This document shows, one piece after another, positions 38,230-50,578 of a stretch of 64,000 nucleotides of DNA. This DNA comes from Octopus sinensis (lineage: Eukaryota), in assembly GCF_006345805.1 (NCBI RefSeq), contig NC_043004.1, positions 16,616,001 through 16,680,000 on the forward strand, written 5' to 3'. Made by a program: the position numbers and the translations under genes. Position 1 is the stretch's first letter. Every line of letters begins with the position of its first letter. Below the pieces are notes generated by a model, which was given only the letters and a program-made list of their open reading frames with translations, was not told where the DNA came from and made no database searches.

Positions 38230-41200
38230 ACTGTGCTCATGGAGTGTTACGACCTGAGAAACCCGGTAAATGAAAATGGTGCTCAAATTAGGGGTTACCG
38301 ACAACGTACGTATGATCAGTCGAGAGAAAAGGGATTGTTTCAACTCATGGAACAGAGACTATGTGAGCAAACTAGGGCAATAAGAAAAAGTTTTTGTTTC
38401 ACAGAAGTAGATCTCGAAGCTATCAAAAGGCGGGTCATGGACAATAGCAGCATAGATAAGAATGAAAGTAGAGTTCTTACTAATAAGTGTAATCCCATAG
38501 CACAGGAATGGAGCAGTGGTAGATTATTTGATGAGAGACATATAGATGGTCTAAAAGAAGACGGTAAAGCTAATAGTGACATGACAGATGGTAATCTACG
38601 AGAGAATGAAGGTAAGACTACAGGAGAACGATAGCGACATTATTTGCAACTCTAAAAAGGTTGATCGATAGAAATTGAACCAAGTGTCAATGAAATTCTG
38701 AAATACACCAGAACAAACATCACAGAAACAAATAATTTGATCAAGGCTGCAAGTATTGTTGTAGCAGAAAATATGGGTGCTGATGTCAAGAAAAGGAAAC
38801 ATAATGGGAGTGACAAAAAAATATCCATGGTGGAAAAGAAGAATAAAGAGCAGGGTTAGACATGCTTTCGATGGAAATGTCTCTTTTAGACCGAATAGAG
38901 AAAGGAGAGCTTAACAGCGAAAAGGAAGTATAATATTGAAAGAAAGGGCCTGTAAGTAGTAGTGGAGGAACTGAAACAGCGGCACGTTGCAAAGAAAGCA
39001 AAGATGGTAAGATACGTAAGGATGAAGGGTTACCACCAGAAAAGGCTATTCAGAGTAGATCAGAAGAGATTCTATAATGAAATAAACGGAGGATGTACAG
39101 ATACAAAGTTGATATCAGATAACCTTGAAAGTCAAAGGTTTGGGAGTGACATCTGGAGCAAAGACAAGGAGCACAAGAAGGATACTGAATGGTTCCAAGA
39201 ACTGAAACACAATAGCCTGTCCAAAACAGGCAGAACTAGTCATTTCAGTTAGAGAAGTGAAGGAAATCAGCAACAAATGTGCAACTGGTAGGCTCCGGGA
39301 TCAGACGGAGTTCAAGGCTACTGGAGCAAAAGATTTGGTGAATGTCATGCACGAATAGCTACGCAACTCAACACCTTGTTAAATGTCGACTAAGGAATAT
39401 CAGAGTGGTTGACATTGTATAGGACAGTGCTGTGCCTGAAAAACATCAAAAACGGCAATACGGTAAACAATTACAAGTCGATATCCTGTTTGCCACATCT
39501 AGGAAAAATGGAGTTCTGCGACATCAGCAGAAGGGTTGCAAGCATAAATGCAGAGGTACCAAAGATCAACTCCTGATAGATGCAGAGACTGCAAGAGGAG
39601 GAAAAGTAACTTAGCCATGTCATGGATCGACTATCGTAAAGCGTACGATATGATCCCACATTCTTGGATTATAGAGTATATAAACCTGTTTGAGATTTCA
39701 TCGAATGTTGAGCGATTGCTTGGAAAAATTGGAGGACGGACCTGCCAGCATACGGAAGAAGTTTAGGGACAGTAGAAATTGGGAGAGGCATCTTCTAAGG
39801 CGACTGCCTGTCCCCGCTGATCTTTGTACTGTACTTGATACCACTGACACTGATTCTGAGGAAAGCAAAACCTGGGCGTGTATTCAAAAGCCGCCAATAT
39901 AAAGTCAACCATTTGTTATTCATGGATGATCTCAAACCTTATGGTATAGATGAAGCGCAAGTCAGTTCCCTCGTTGATACGGTATATGCCTTCAGCGCTG
40001 ATATCAGAATGGAGTAAGCACTGAGAAAGTGTGGTGTATTAGTATTGAAAAGAGGGAAAATGAAATGTATGGACGGATTAACGATACCGTCAGGGAAGGT
40101 TATGAAGCAGATAGAAGAGACGCGCTATAAGTATTTGGGGATGTTAGAAATAAATAAATCAACGGAGAAAAAAATGACAGAAAAATGTAAGGTGGAGTAC
40201 TTGCGAAGACTGAGACTGATCCTTAAGTCGAAATTAAACGGACAGAATAAGATAGAAGCTATCAACACCTGGGCAGTTTCACTCCTTAGATATGGAGCAC
40301 GAGTAATCGCATGGACAGTAGACGAACTAGAGAGCTTAAACAGAAAGACAAGGAAGTTGCTAACTAGCTATGGGTCACTCCACCCAAAAAGTGATAAAGA
40401 GAGACTGCATGTACCAATAAAAATAGGGGAAAAGTACTTATTGGATGCGAATACAGCATTAGAGCAGAAGAAAACAACATAGCATGGAATGTAAAAAATA
40501 CCACAGAACAGCTAATATTAGAAGTAGGAAGGTCGGGCATGTGTAGGATGAAAAATTGCAATGATAAAGCAGTATACAGGAAATTGAAAATGAATGAAAC
40601 TGAAAATAGGTGAGTAAAGAAAAGAATGCATGGTCAATTTCTTAGGGATGTTGAAGATAAGACAGACAGAGTAAAAGATGGCTGTGGATGACTAAACGTG
40701 ATTTAAAACAAGAAACGGAGGCTCTAATGTGCTGCCCAAGAGCAAGCACTAAGAACAAACTACATAAAATACAGAATAGACAACACATCAGAAAATGATA
40801 AGTGAAGAATCTGTGGACAAAACGGTGAAATCATATGGCATATTACCAGCCAATGTACACCACTAGCCCAAAAGGCATAAAAGAGACGCCCCGACAATGT
40901 AGCCAGACTTGTCCTTTGGACACATTGCAACAAGTATGGACTTGGCGGAGCAAAAACACCTGAAGGCATTGTCGAAAATAGAAATGCAAAGATCCTATGG
41001 TGTTTTATGATTCAGTGCGGCAATAAGATTGAGAACAGGAAGCTGGACATAGTCTTAATTGAGAAAGAAAACAAACTATGTTGGATCATAGACATAGTAT
41101 GCCCAGCTGACAACAACATATGCGATAAGGAAGAAAGAAAAGTCGAGAGATATGACAGGTTAGCTTGGGAAGTTAACCAGTTGAGGTCGATAAAAAAGGT

Positions 41201-41420
41201 ATCAGTAGGACCAATAATTAACGGAGCCCTGGGAAAAGTGAACAAAAATCTCGAGAATTACGTGGAACAAATAGGAGCTGCAATAATTGTGCACTGCTTC
41301 GAACCGCTCGAATACTCCGGAAGGTGATCGAAAAATAAGAGATGTTACCTTAGTTCACTGGTAGTGAACAGCTGACACTGTAATACATCTCCAGCGTTAT
41401 AAGCTGTGCAAAGGCAACAA
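38230..41420 (+). mobile_element. Near-full-length decayed Dong/R4-clade non-LTR retrotransposon (RT + CCHC + RLE)
   Basis: N-terminus MECY..RGYRQR..EQRLCEQTRAIRK; RT motifs WIDYRKAYDMIPHSW, GDCLSP and HLLFMDDLK; CCHC 'ICGQNGEIIWHITSQC'; RLE RKLDIV..DIVCP..KEERKVERY; inserted in (TAA)n with a (CAA/TAA)n tail; many stops and frameshifts. Confidence 0.92.
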
Positions 41421-41519
41421 AAACAACAACAGCAACAACAACAACAACACAACAACAACAACAATAACAACAACAATAATAATAATAATAATAATCGATT
41501 TTTTCTTTATGAAGCACTA

Positions 41520-41990
41520 AAATTTCAGACAAATAACAAGAACGCAAAGAACACACCACCATACCACACCACACCACATCACACCACCCCGCACACACTA
41601 GCACTGTCCACTTCTCAGCACCCACAGTATCATCCACACACCTATACATGCACACACGCACAAGACAAGGTCACCAGCCCCCTTCCACAACCACGTAATG
41701 CTCTTATATACACACACACGCGCACCTTTGTTTTGGGTATCACCACAGCTTTATTATCTCCTCTTCTTCCTAGCTCTCCTGTATGACCCCTCTGTCCAGC
41801 ATTCGCCTTCATATATAGCTAGCCTCTAAACCTTTTTTTTTTCTCTCATTGTTTATTGCTGTGTTCCTTTCTGAGGAAGAGCGAAGGCTCGAAACAAATG
41901 ACTTTCTCACTTCCCTAGCGTTAAATTAATACATATGTTTGTTGTTTACACACCCGTCTTCGTCAGTGGTTTTTTTGTAAATTCTCGCTA
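41520..41990 (+). mobile_element. CA-rich non-coding repeat ending in a degenerate HHR, followed by (TA)n (Penelope-like)
   Basis: cttt-CTGAGGA-A-GAGC gaag GCTC-GAAAC at 41867-41895 (downstream GU triplet lost); related to 63440-63745. Confidence 0.6.
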
Positions 41991-42049
41991 TATATATATA
42001 TATATGGGGGATGGGGTGCGTGTATGTATATATATATTCTCTATTTTTT

Positions 42050-42270
42050 TTATTCTTTTACATGTTTCAGTCATTTGACTGTGGCTATGCTGGGCACCGC
42101 CTTTAGTCGAGCAAATCCACGCCAGGACTTATTCATTGTAAGACCAGTACTTATTCTGTAAGACCTTTTTGCCGAACCGCTAGGTTACGGAGACATAAAC
42201 ACACCATCATCGGTTGTCAAGCGATACTGGGGGACAAATACAGACACACCAACATACACACACACACACA
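42050..42270 (-). mobile_element. SINE 3' part (gcatggccgcagtcaaatgactgaaac family)
   Basis: Matches the longer copy at 56935-57342. Confidence 0.82.
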
Positions 42271-43494
42271 CACAAACATATATATATATATGTGTGTGTG
42301 TATGTATGTAATGTTAAGATTCAAGGATCAACGTGTAGGAAGATAGGTTTCGAGTAATCCAAAGAACCTATAAAAAATAATAAATTCAGGAGTAATAACG
42401 GTTTATTGACGTAGAAGGTTGTAAATTCTTCCCGTATCGAATTTCGATTATCTGGAAAAATTGTTTTATAGCTTACGGTTAGCAGCAGGGGGCACTGTTC
42501 ATTTGAATAGGATTTCAGAATTAGGGAACGGAGCAGATTAAATGCAGGATACATATGTTTCATAGCTAGTAGAATCTCGAAAGTAATAATTATCCAAACT
42601 AGGGATAATCCGCTAGATACTCGTCAAGCAAAAGATACCTTAATCAAAAGAAGTTTATATTGTCGTAAAGATATATAAATGTATATGAGTCCTTACCGTC
42701 TTCAGTAATTTCCATAAAAATTTCATATAGCAGACGTTATTTCTAGAAAATAACTAAAAGTAGATATATTGGAAAGGACAATATAATGCTATTGCACTTA
42801 ATTATCTGTTTGACTTATGCAAAATGCCATTAGATGAGAACCGGTGTTAAGTTACAAATGTTCATTACCTTTGATTTAAAAGTAGCAGTTAGATGTTTTA
42901 AAATGAATCCATTTCAAGTTATTTCTAGATCGTATTCAAAGGCGGAGTAAGGGTTTTAATTACGTTAGAGTTTTAATATACATTATATGCAAAGGACAGT
43001 TAAAGCTAACAGAAATATATATGCCAATAGGAAAATAAGAGAGTAATTGAAAATGCATATCTTGTTCACTTTTCTGGCAATTAGCGGAAACTACTCTGAA
43101 CACGTTTCAGCGTTTGTTTTGACCTTATCAAATCATAGACTTCTCGGAAAGTATTGTGAAGTCTTTATAATGAGCCTTCAATATCATATTTAATGGTTAC
43201 TATAACACATCAAAATATATTGTTACCAGATATTAAAACATTTTCTTTTCGTAGGAACAAAATAACAATAAGAGAACACGCCCATATTTTCTCAAAAACA
43301 TTAGATATCTTTTTTAAAAAAAGACTACTCTAGCGTCACGTGACTTATAGAAATATTATACTAGTAAAATTGTTTTGATTTCACAATTATCGCTTTAGTA
43401 TTTCTCTATATATTATAGTGTATATATAGATAGATATAGATATAGATACAGATATATTTATACACGTATATATATATATGTGTGTGTGTGTGTA

Positions 43495-43582
<88 letters not shown>

Positions 43583-45809
43583 CACTCAGAGTATTTTATA
43601 CTCAGTTCTATTCCTTCCGTTTGTTACGAAGTCTACATGCATATTCATAGGTGTGTGTATGTTTCTGTCTGATCATGTGCATGTATATAGTGAGGTTTTG
43701 TGTGAGACTAAGAGAGAGAGAGAGAGACAGAGACAGAGAGAGGTCATTTAGTGTTTACAAAACAGGTGAAAATGTGAAATTATACTACTGGGTATCGTTG
43801 GCGGAAATCGATAATAACAATGTCACTAATACCAATATTATCGTGACCTCTAGTGCTACTGTTGCCTCTAAGACCACCAACACAATACTATATTATTAAC
43901 GATACTAATATTATTGCCGTATTCGCATTGATACCGACTATACCAGTATTATCTATGCTTTGCTTCCTGTCAGCTAGTAACTCAGGCCTAATATATGGAG
44001 ATATCGAAGAACATTTATGGAAAGATAAGAGAACATGTAGCTATACAATTCTCAATTCTAAATATACATGCGACGTACAGGCAAAACATGAGCTTACAAC
44101 ATAAGTGAGTCATGTCACTTCTCTCAAATATATATTTACAAACGTGGCAGCGTATGAACTATGCAAATATATACCCAACAAATTACAGAGTTCCGCGATA
44201 CAAAGACATTATCCTGATCACCTTCAGGGACACATTGAAGCTACAATGTTCAAAGTCTCCATAACCAACGCGCACACACACACTACATATGATTGTGTGT
44301 CTCCATACATGCACTCATACATATATATATCCATATAAAACTATATATATATATATATATTCAGATAGACATATCCATATATATCTATATATATATATAT
44401 ACACACAGATAAACACACGTACATACATATATATATATGCATTATATGCAGCTATTTATGATATATATTATACATTTTATCTGTGTATTTATATATAGAT
44501 AAACTGATAGATGTATAGACATGTATATATATATATGTGTGTGTATGTGTGTGTGTGTATCCTATCTACGTGCATACATGCATACACACACATATATACA
44601 ATCATACATGCAGCCAGACAGACTTAGATATATCGGCACAGTATATATTCAGGCATGTAGCTGACATATTAAGAGCCAACAGCGTACCAACAGCTTATAA
44701 GCAAACGTGTCTAAATCTAAGAATAGAAATGTTATCAAGACAATGAGTGTTGAGGAAGATCGATACATGCGGTGCTGTGCAACGGAAAAACTAACATTAT
44801 TGTAGAAATTATCCAACAGATATCATTGCTGCTTAGTTGTAAATATTTATTATAGTCATACACACAGCCTCTGAGAGGCAGTTATTCTCTCTTTGTTCTC
44901 TTAACCTCTCTCTAATTGCTGCACTATACAAATATGCATGTGAATATAGTGTGTACTTACAAAGCTACAACTGCTGAGTGGGTTAGCGTCTGACACCAGA
45001 ACTATATCACATATAGCAGGCACATCGATTCATTTATGTATATATTGTTCCAAAATATGTGTTCTCTCCCGGGGCATCGTTCAACTTTTATTTATTTGCA
45101 TAGAAAATACATTGGTAGCTAGTTGTCTATAGAGGTTCTAACAATCCACTAGTAGGTTAGTTAGATATTTAGTTAGTGTTAACTCGTAAATACTGATTTT
45201 GTAAATATAATTTATTTTTCGCATTATTATTACTGATAATTCTGCGAGTGAGATAACTATGAAAAGCATTAGAATAGCGGATACAATCCATCCGTTATTT
45301 AGTTACAGCTCTTCGTCTGTAACTAAAACTGAAAGTGTTCGAACCGCACCAACTTTGGCTTTGCTTATTAACGTGTCTATTATAAGTCGACGCTGAATAA
45401 ATATTGGTTTCAAAGTTTGGCACAATGCCAGCAATTTCAGGAGAGGATTAAGTCGATTACTTTGACCCCAGACTTCAAAAGACTTATCTCATCCGCCTCG
45501 AAAGGATGTTTTTAACGGGCTAACGGTTCTGCCACCTCGCTGCCTTATTCATTACACGGATTAATATAAGTAACCTAGCGGTTAGGATGTTGCATTCGCG
45601 ATCTGTAGATCGCGGATCGATTCCCTGAACGGGTAGCGTTTTATGTTCTTGATCAAATCAACTCATTTCATGTTCCTTTGCTATCCTTTTGACAAATGAC
45701 ATGTGGCAAACTTATGCTCATGTATAGGTTATGTTGATTTCATGGAGGAAGTGAGCAAATGTGCAGCACAAACACATTACAGTTCTATATTTAAGAGAGG
45801 AGGAATTAC

Positions 45810-46183
45810 GTATATTATTTACATTCGACTGATATTTATCCTCATCATGTTTGTTGTTAACACATCGTTTGTGGAAATTTCGAACCTGGGTTCTCATTCC
45901 TGAGGTATTTTTCGATGTTGTTATTATTATTATTATTGTTGTTGCTGTTGTTGTTATTGTTCAGGTCACTGCTTGGAATCGAACAAGATCATCAATAATA
46001 ATAATAATATTAATAATAATAATAATAACAACATCAACATTGAAAAATGTCTTAGGAATGAGAACCCAGGCTCGAAATTTCCCCAAGACACCTGACGAAG
46101 GCTGGAGGGTATATCAGCCGAAGCGTTGTGTTAACAACAAGCAAGATGAAGACAAATATCCGTTGAATAATGTAAATAATGTA
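45810..46183. mobile_element. Inverted-arm Penelope-like remnant with an HHR in the right arm only
   Basis: 45810-45935 is the imperfect reverse complement of 46020-46183, apart from a ~40-nt gap. Confidence 0.7.
46087..46132 (+). ncRNA. Minimal type I hammerhead motif, A15.1->G variant (probably inactive)
   Basis: ACAC-CTGACGA-A-GGCTG gagggtatat CAGCC-GAA-GC GT-T-GTGT. Confidence 0.62.
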
Positions 46184-46269
46184 CAAACACATTACTATAA
46201 ACAAATCGTTTAAGCAGGTCGTTCATGGAAACTAAACAATCATACGTCGTCTTCGACGGAAGATTCCAT

Positions 46270-46490
46270 TTTATTTATATTTATTAGCGAAGGTTAAATT
46301 TTATATACGATTGTGTACTGAGGAAGGCTTCAAGTCGCTGTTGATCAAGTGGATTGACAGAAATTATAAAGCACTGAATCTCATAGACCAGAGGAAAGTA
46401 GGACGTTGATAATGAATTCCAGAGAGCATCCGGTTGAGGAAAGAAGTTTTTAGAATAGAAGCCTGTGACTAACAGGATGCCTAACAAGGA
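46270..46490 (-). mobile_element. CR1/L2-like LINE 3' tail remnant
   Basis: ORF 46284-46487 has YSKNFFPQPDALWNSLSTSYFP, resembling the FF..R....WNSLP C-terminal motif. Confidence 0.55.
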
Positions 46491-47614
46491 AACGATGCAA
46501 CCAAGTATAGAAATGGTACTAGACCAGAAAGATCGTCAGAACTATTACATTTGAAATATATATAGAAAAAGTACAACGAAGATACTTTTCGGCGATAAAT
46601 CAAAGAATCCAATCTAATGGTTAGAAGAGAATGTGAACAACTCAATTCTGAATCAATCTAGCGAGTTAAGACAAGGAGAAGAAGTGGCAGGAGATAAATT
46701 GTTCAGGTAATTCTGGATCAATACACGTATGATTAGAAACTGATATAATCAGTAAAAAGAGATTGAATAATTATTTATAAGCTTGCATTAATTCGTTCAT
46801 ATAAGTCTTAACTTGTTTTCAATAAGCTATAACTTCGCATGGAAAATGCATAATGCATAGAAAGTGTTTCTCGCTGCATCATATCACGGCTGACGAAAAG
46901 CATACAATCTCGTTGATAAAAAAATAAAGTGAAATCGTAAGAAGTAAGATCTATAAAACTCTCACCTAATTAACCTTATGTTCCAGTACAAAAGCGGTAC
47001 AAATCAATCAATACTGGCAAGTAATGGTATGCATTCAATGCGTGGCTTTGATCTGCGAGAAACATCGCTACAATGTTCTCATATGTACCCAGAATACATA
47101 AAACTTTGTACAATCAGAGGTTGATTTACGCGTTTTCGTTAGAAAGAGACACAAAGTGCTGCGGGCAGGTTATGACCTCCTGTTTGAAGAAGCAATATGT
47201 CGGAAACCCATTCACTCAACTGTCATCTACCCTGAAACTCAAATTTATAAAATCCAAATTATGCTTCGAAAATCGTATTGTATATCACCCCTGGAAGACA
47301 CATTTCCCTGCCTGTGTTCTCTGAAGAATTTTCTTTTATTCTATTACAACCAAATTTAATATAGTTTTACCATTTTCTAAGAATGTACAAGATTACTTCA
47401 GAAGTTTCTGGGAGCATTTCTTTATTCGTATCTTCCACTTTTAACTTCATTCTTAACACTAAAATAACTTGAAAGTGCACCACAGTACAGACACAAGTAT
47501 ACACACACAGAAACATAGAACATATGCAAACACACACATGCGCACACCTATGCGCACGCACACACACACACATATATATATATATACATTTATATACATA
47601 TACATACATACATG

Positions 47615-47660
<46 letters not shown>

Positions 47661-47949
47661 ATATGTGTGTGTGTATGTGTGTGTGGTGTGTGTGTGTGTC
47701 TATACACATATATATATATAAATACACTGTATATGCATATGTGTGTGTGCTAGATTATTTCTATTGGGTTGATTTTTATCCGTTATTGTTGATTCTTTTT
47801 GAGTACTCGTATGTGTAGGCGAATTTTTTTGTTTTTTGTTCACCAATTTGTTAGGTATCTTAGAATGGTAATTTGATTATTTATAGAATGAGTAGAAAAG
47901 GGGAAAAAAGAAAAGGATACAGAAAACGAAATGAGAGATAACCTTATAG

Positions 47950-47987
<38 letters not shown>

Positions 47988-49820
47988 AGGAGAGTTAAGG
48001 AGGTGTCTAGAATGTTAAATATATTTAGATTAAATGTCGCTTCCTTGAAGGACATTTGGGGTCACTTGGTGAAGTGTAGCGTTAGAGAATTAGAGATTGT
48101 GTGGTGTGAGTGACGTGGCTATTCTGTTCGTTTGGAAGGTTGATGTATGTATCGTAAGATATATGAAGTGGATGAAGGGGAGGAGATGTCTGTGGGGAAA
48201 TGGAGAGGTGACGTAATAACCTCATTGACATATAAGCACACGTACACACACAGATGGTGACACATACCCAGATAAATAGAGTGATACACAGGCATACATA
48301 CTTCGTGTGATTGCGAGTAAATGCCTAGATGTAAACACGTGTATGTATATGTGCAGATATGTACACAAAATGCATGCAGGCATCTAAGTACGCACAAAAA
48401 GAGCTAATACATGGAGGCATGTAGACAGAGAACTTAGAGCAAAGAGAGAACGTAAATTCTATCAAGACTGTTCAATCTTTGACCAAAGAATCCGTATTGT
48501 CCAAACTCACAGATGCGGACACAAATGAGTACAGAAACGAAATTCACAACAAACCAGACACAGCTTCAAACCAGATCCATCACTTATAAATAAAACATCC
48601 TTTTCATAACTCTATAAATGTTCATACACACACATACACACACACATATGTATGAATGTATGTATGTACGTACGACTTGGAATTTTGGTAATATTACCAC
48701 GTGCTTTAGTTTACTTTTTTTTACCATTACTAGTTCGATACACATCGCTTTGCTGACGGCAGGCTGGCATTTGACTTTTTTTAAATATAAACTGTTTCTC
48801 CATATAAATTGCTATCTTTAATATAAAATGCTTAACTACAAAGTGTCTTAGAAAAATAATAAAGTTATTAACTTTATCTCGATCTCCATTTTCACAAAAT
48901 ACACTTTGTGCTTTTTAATTGTCTAAATAATTGAAATTTAGGTCACTATTCTCAATGAAGGCTTGATAAATAGTCTTTTAATATTGTTTATCTAAAAGCA
49001 TTTGTTTTTATATTTTAGTTACCTAAATGATTCCACCGTAATGTTCCTACGATCGTTCTGCTTCCATCATTATGTTGTGTCTTTTTGCGAGATGCACGGT
49101 GGAATTGTGTTTGGTCTGTAAATATCCTCAGGGTGTTTTTTTTATTATTATTATTAATTAGATCGCCCACAGTTTATAGCAACATATAATTTTCCAACTG
49201 TGATTACTGGATTTGAAACGAAAGACCCAATCACACCTCTATGAGACTTTTTAATTTATCTGCATAGCAAAAACAAACTTTATAGAAAACTGAATGCATT
49301 TGTTTACTCTAAATGGCAAATCAATGGTTCAACACTGCTAGCATCAAGGCCGACTAAGTTTGCTGATTATCTGTAAAGTGTCAGTAATGTTAGTGACTGT
49401 GTATTGAGTGCCATTGCAGGGGCCACTCATGTGGTCTAAGATTAGGAGAATTATTACTAGAGATATTATCTCGGTTTTGGTGATGAGAATGGTAGACCTC
49501 TTACATTGTGTGGGAAAAATAACAATTTAATTTTCCTCTAACGCCGAGTATTTGTTCTCAGCGTTATCACAATTGTAGGAAGTTTATTCATAAGTTAATT
49601 CTTTCGTTGATCAACTACTTGTTTTATGTTGCTGTTGTTATTGTTTTGTCAAATTAATCTATCTCACTTAGATTATGAGGCAAAGTTTACCAACAGTCGA
49701 ACAGCCATATTGAATCAACTGGTTATTCTATGCACATTGTAGGTCGTTAATGGTGGCCTCTGTTGTATTATCCATAGTCATTATTTCTCTTCTGTGATAC
49801 AGAGAATAGTCAATAATATT

Positions 49821-50235
49821 TATTTCTTTATTGCCCACAGGTGACTAAACATAGTGGGGACAAACAAGAACAATTAAAGGGATTCAGTCGATTATAACGA
49901 CCCCAGTGTGTAACTGATACTTATTTAATCGACCCCGAAAGGATAAATGGCAAAGTCGACTTCGACGGAATTTGAACTCAGAACGTAGCGGCAGACGAAA
50001 TACCTATTTCTTTACTACCCACAAGGGGCTAAACACAGAGAGGACAAACAAGGACAGACAAATGGATTAAGTCGATTACATCGACCCCAGTGCTTAACTG
50101 GTACTTAATTTATCGTGCCCGGAACAATGAAAGGCAAAGTCGATCTCGGCGGAATTTGAACTCAGAACGTAAAGGCACACGAAATACGGCTACGCATTTC
50201 GCCCGGCGTGCTAACCTTTCTGCCAACTCGCCGCC
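49821..50235 (-). mobile_element. Head-to-tail dimeric SINE (same family as 21174)
   Basis: A full monomer ending at ggcggcgag (50235) plus a second monomer beginning at 'aaagaaatag|gtatttcgtctgccgctacg'. Confidence 0.85.
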
Positions 50236-50299
50236 CTAATTTTGAATAATGTTGCTGCATTCATTGAGCACTCCGGACGAAATGCTTAGCGGTATTTCC

Positions 50300-50492
50300 A
50301 AATATGAAAACACAAAGAGAAAACACAACGCGAGGACGTTGAACAAATATAGTGTTATTGGACGCTCAGGAAAGGAAAGAAAGAAGGATGTTTTAACGTT
50401 TCGAGCGGAGCTCTTCGTCAGAAACATAGGGAAAGGAAGGATCCAAGGAAGGGAAGATGGAGGGGAAAAATCGCCAACGATACACACGCGGT

Positions 50493-50499
<7 letters not shown>
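50300..50499 (-). mobile_element. Short Penelope-like repeat with HHR, abutting (AT)n
   Basis: HHR at 50388-50427; (AT)n at 50500-50576. Confidence 0.65.
50388..50427 (-). ncRNA. Minimal type I hammerhead motif, intact core
   Basis: Reverse strand ATGTTT-CTGACGA-A-GAGC tcc GCTC-GAA-AC GT-T-AAAACAT; palindromic stem III ACGT. Confidence 0.7.
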
Positions 50500-50578
<79 letters not shown>

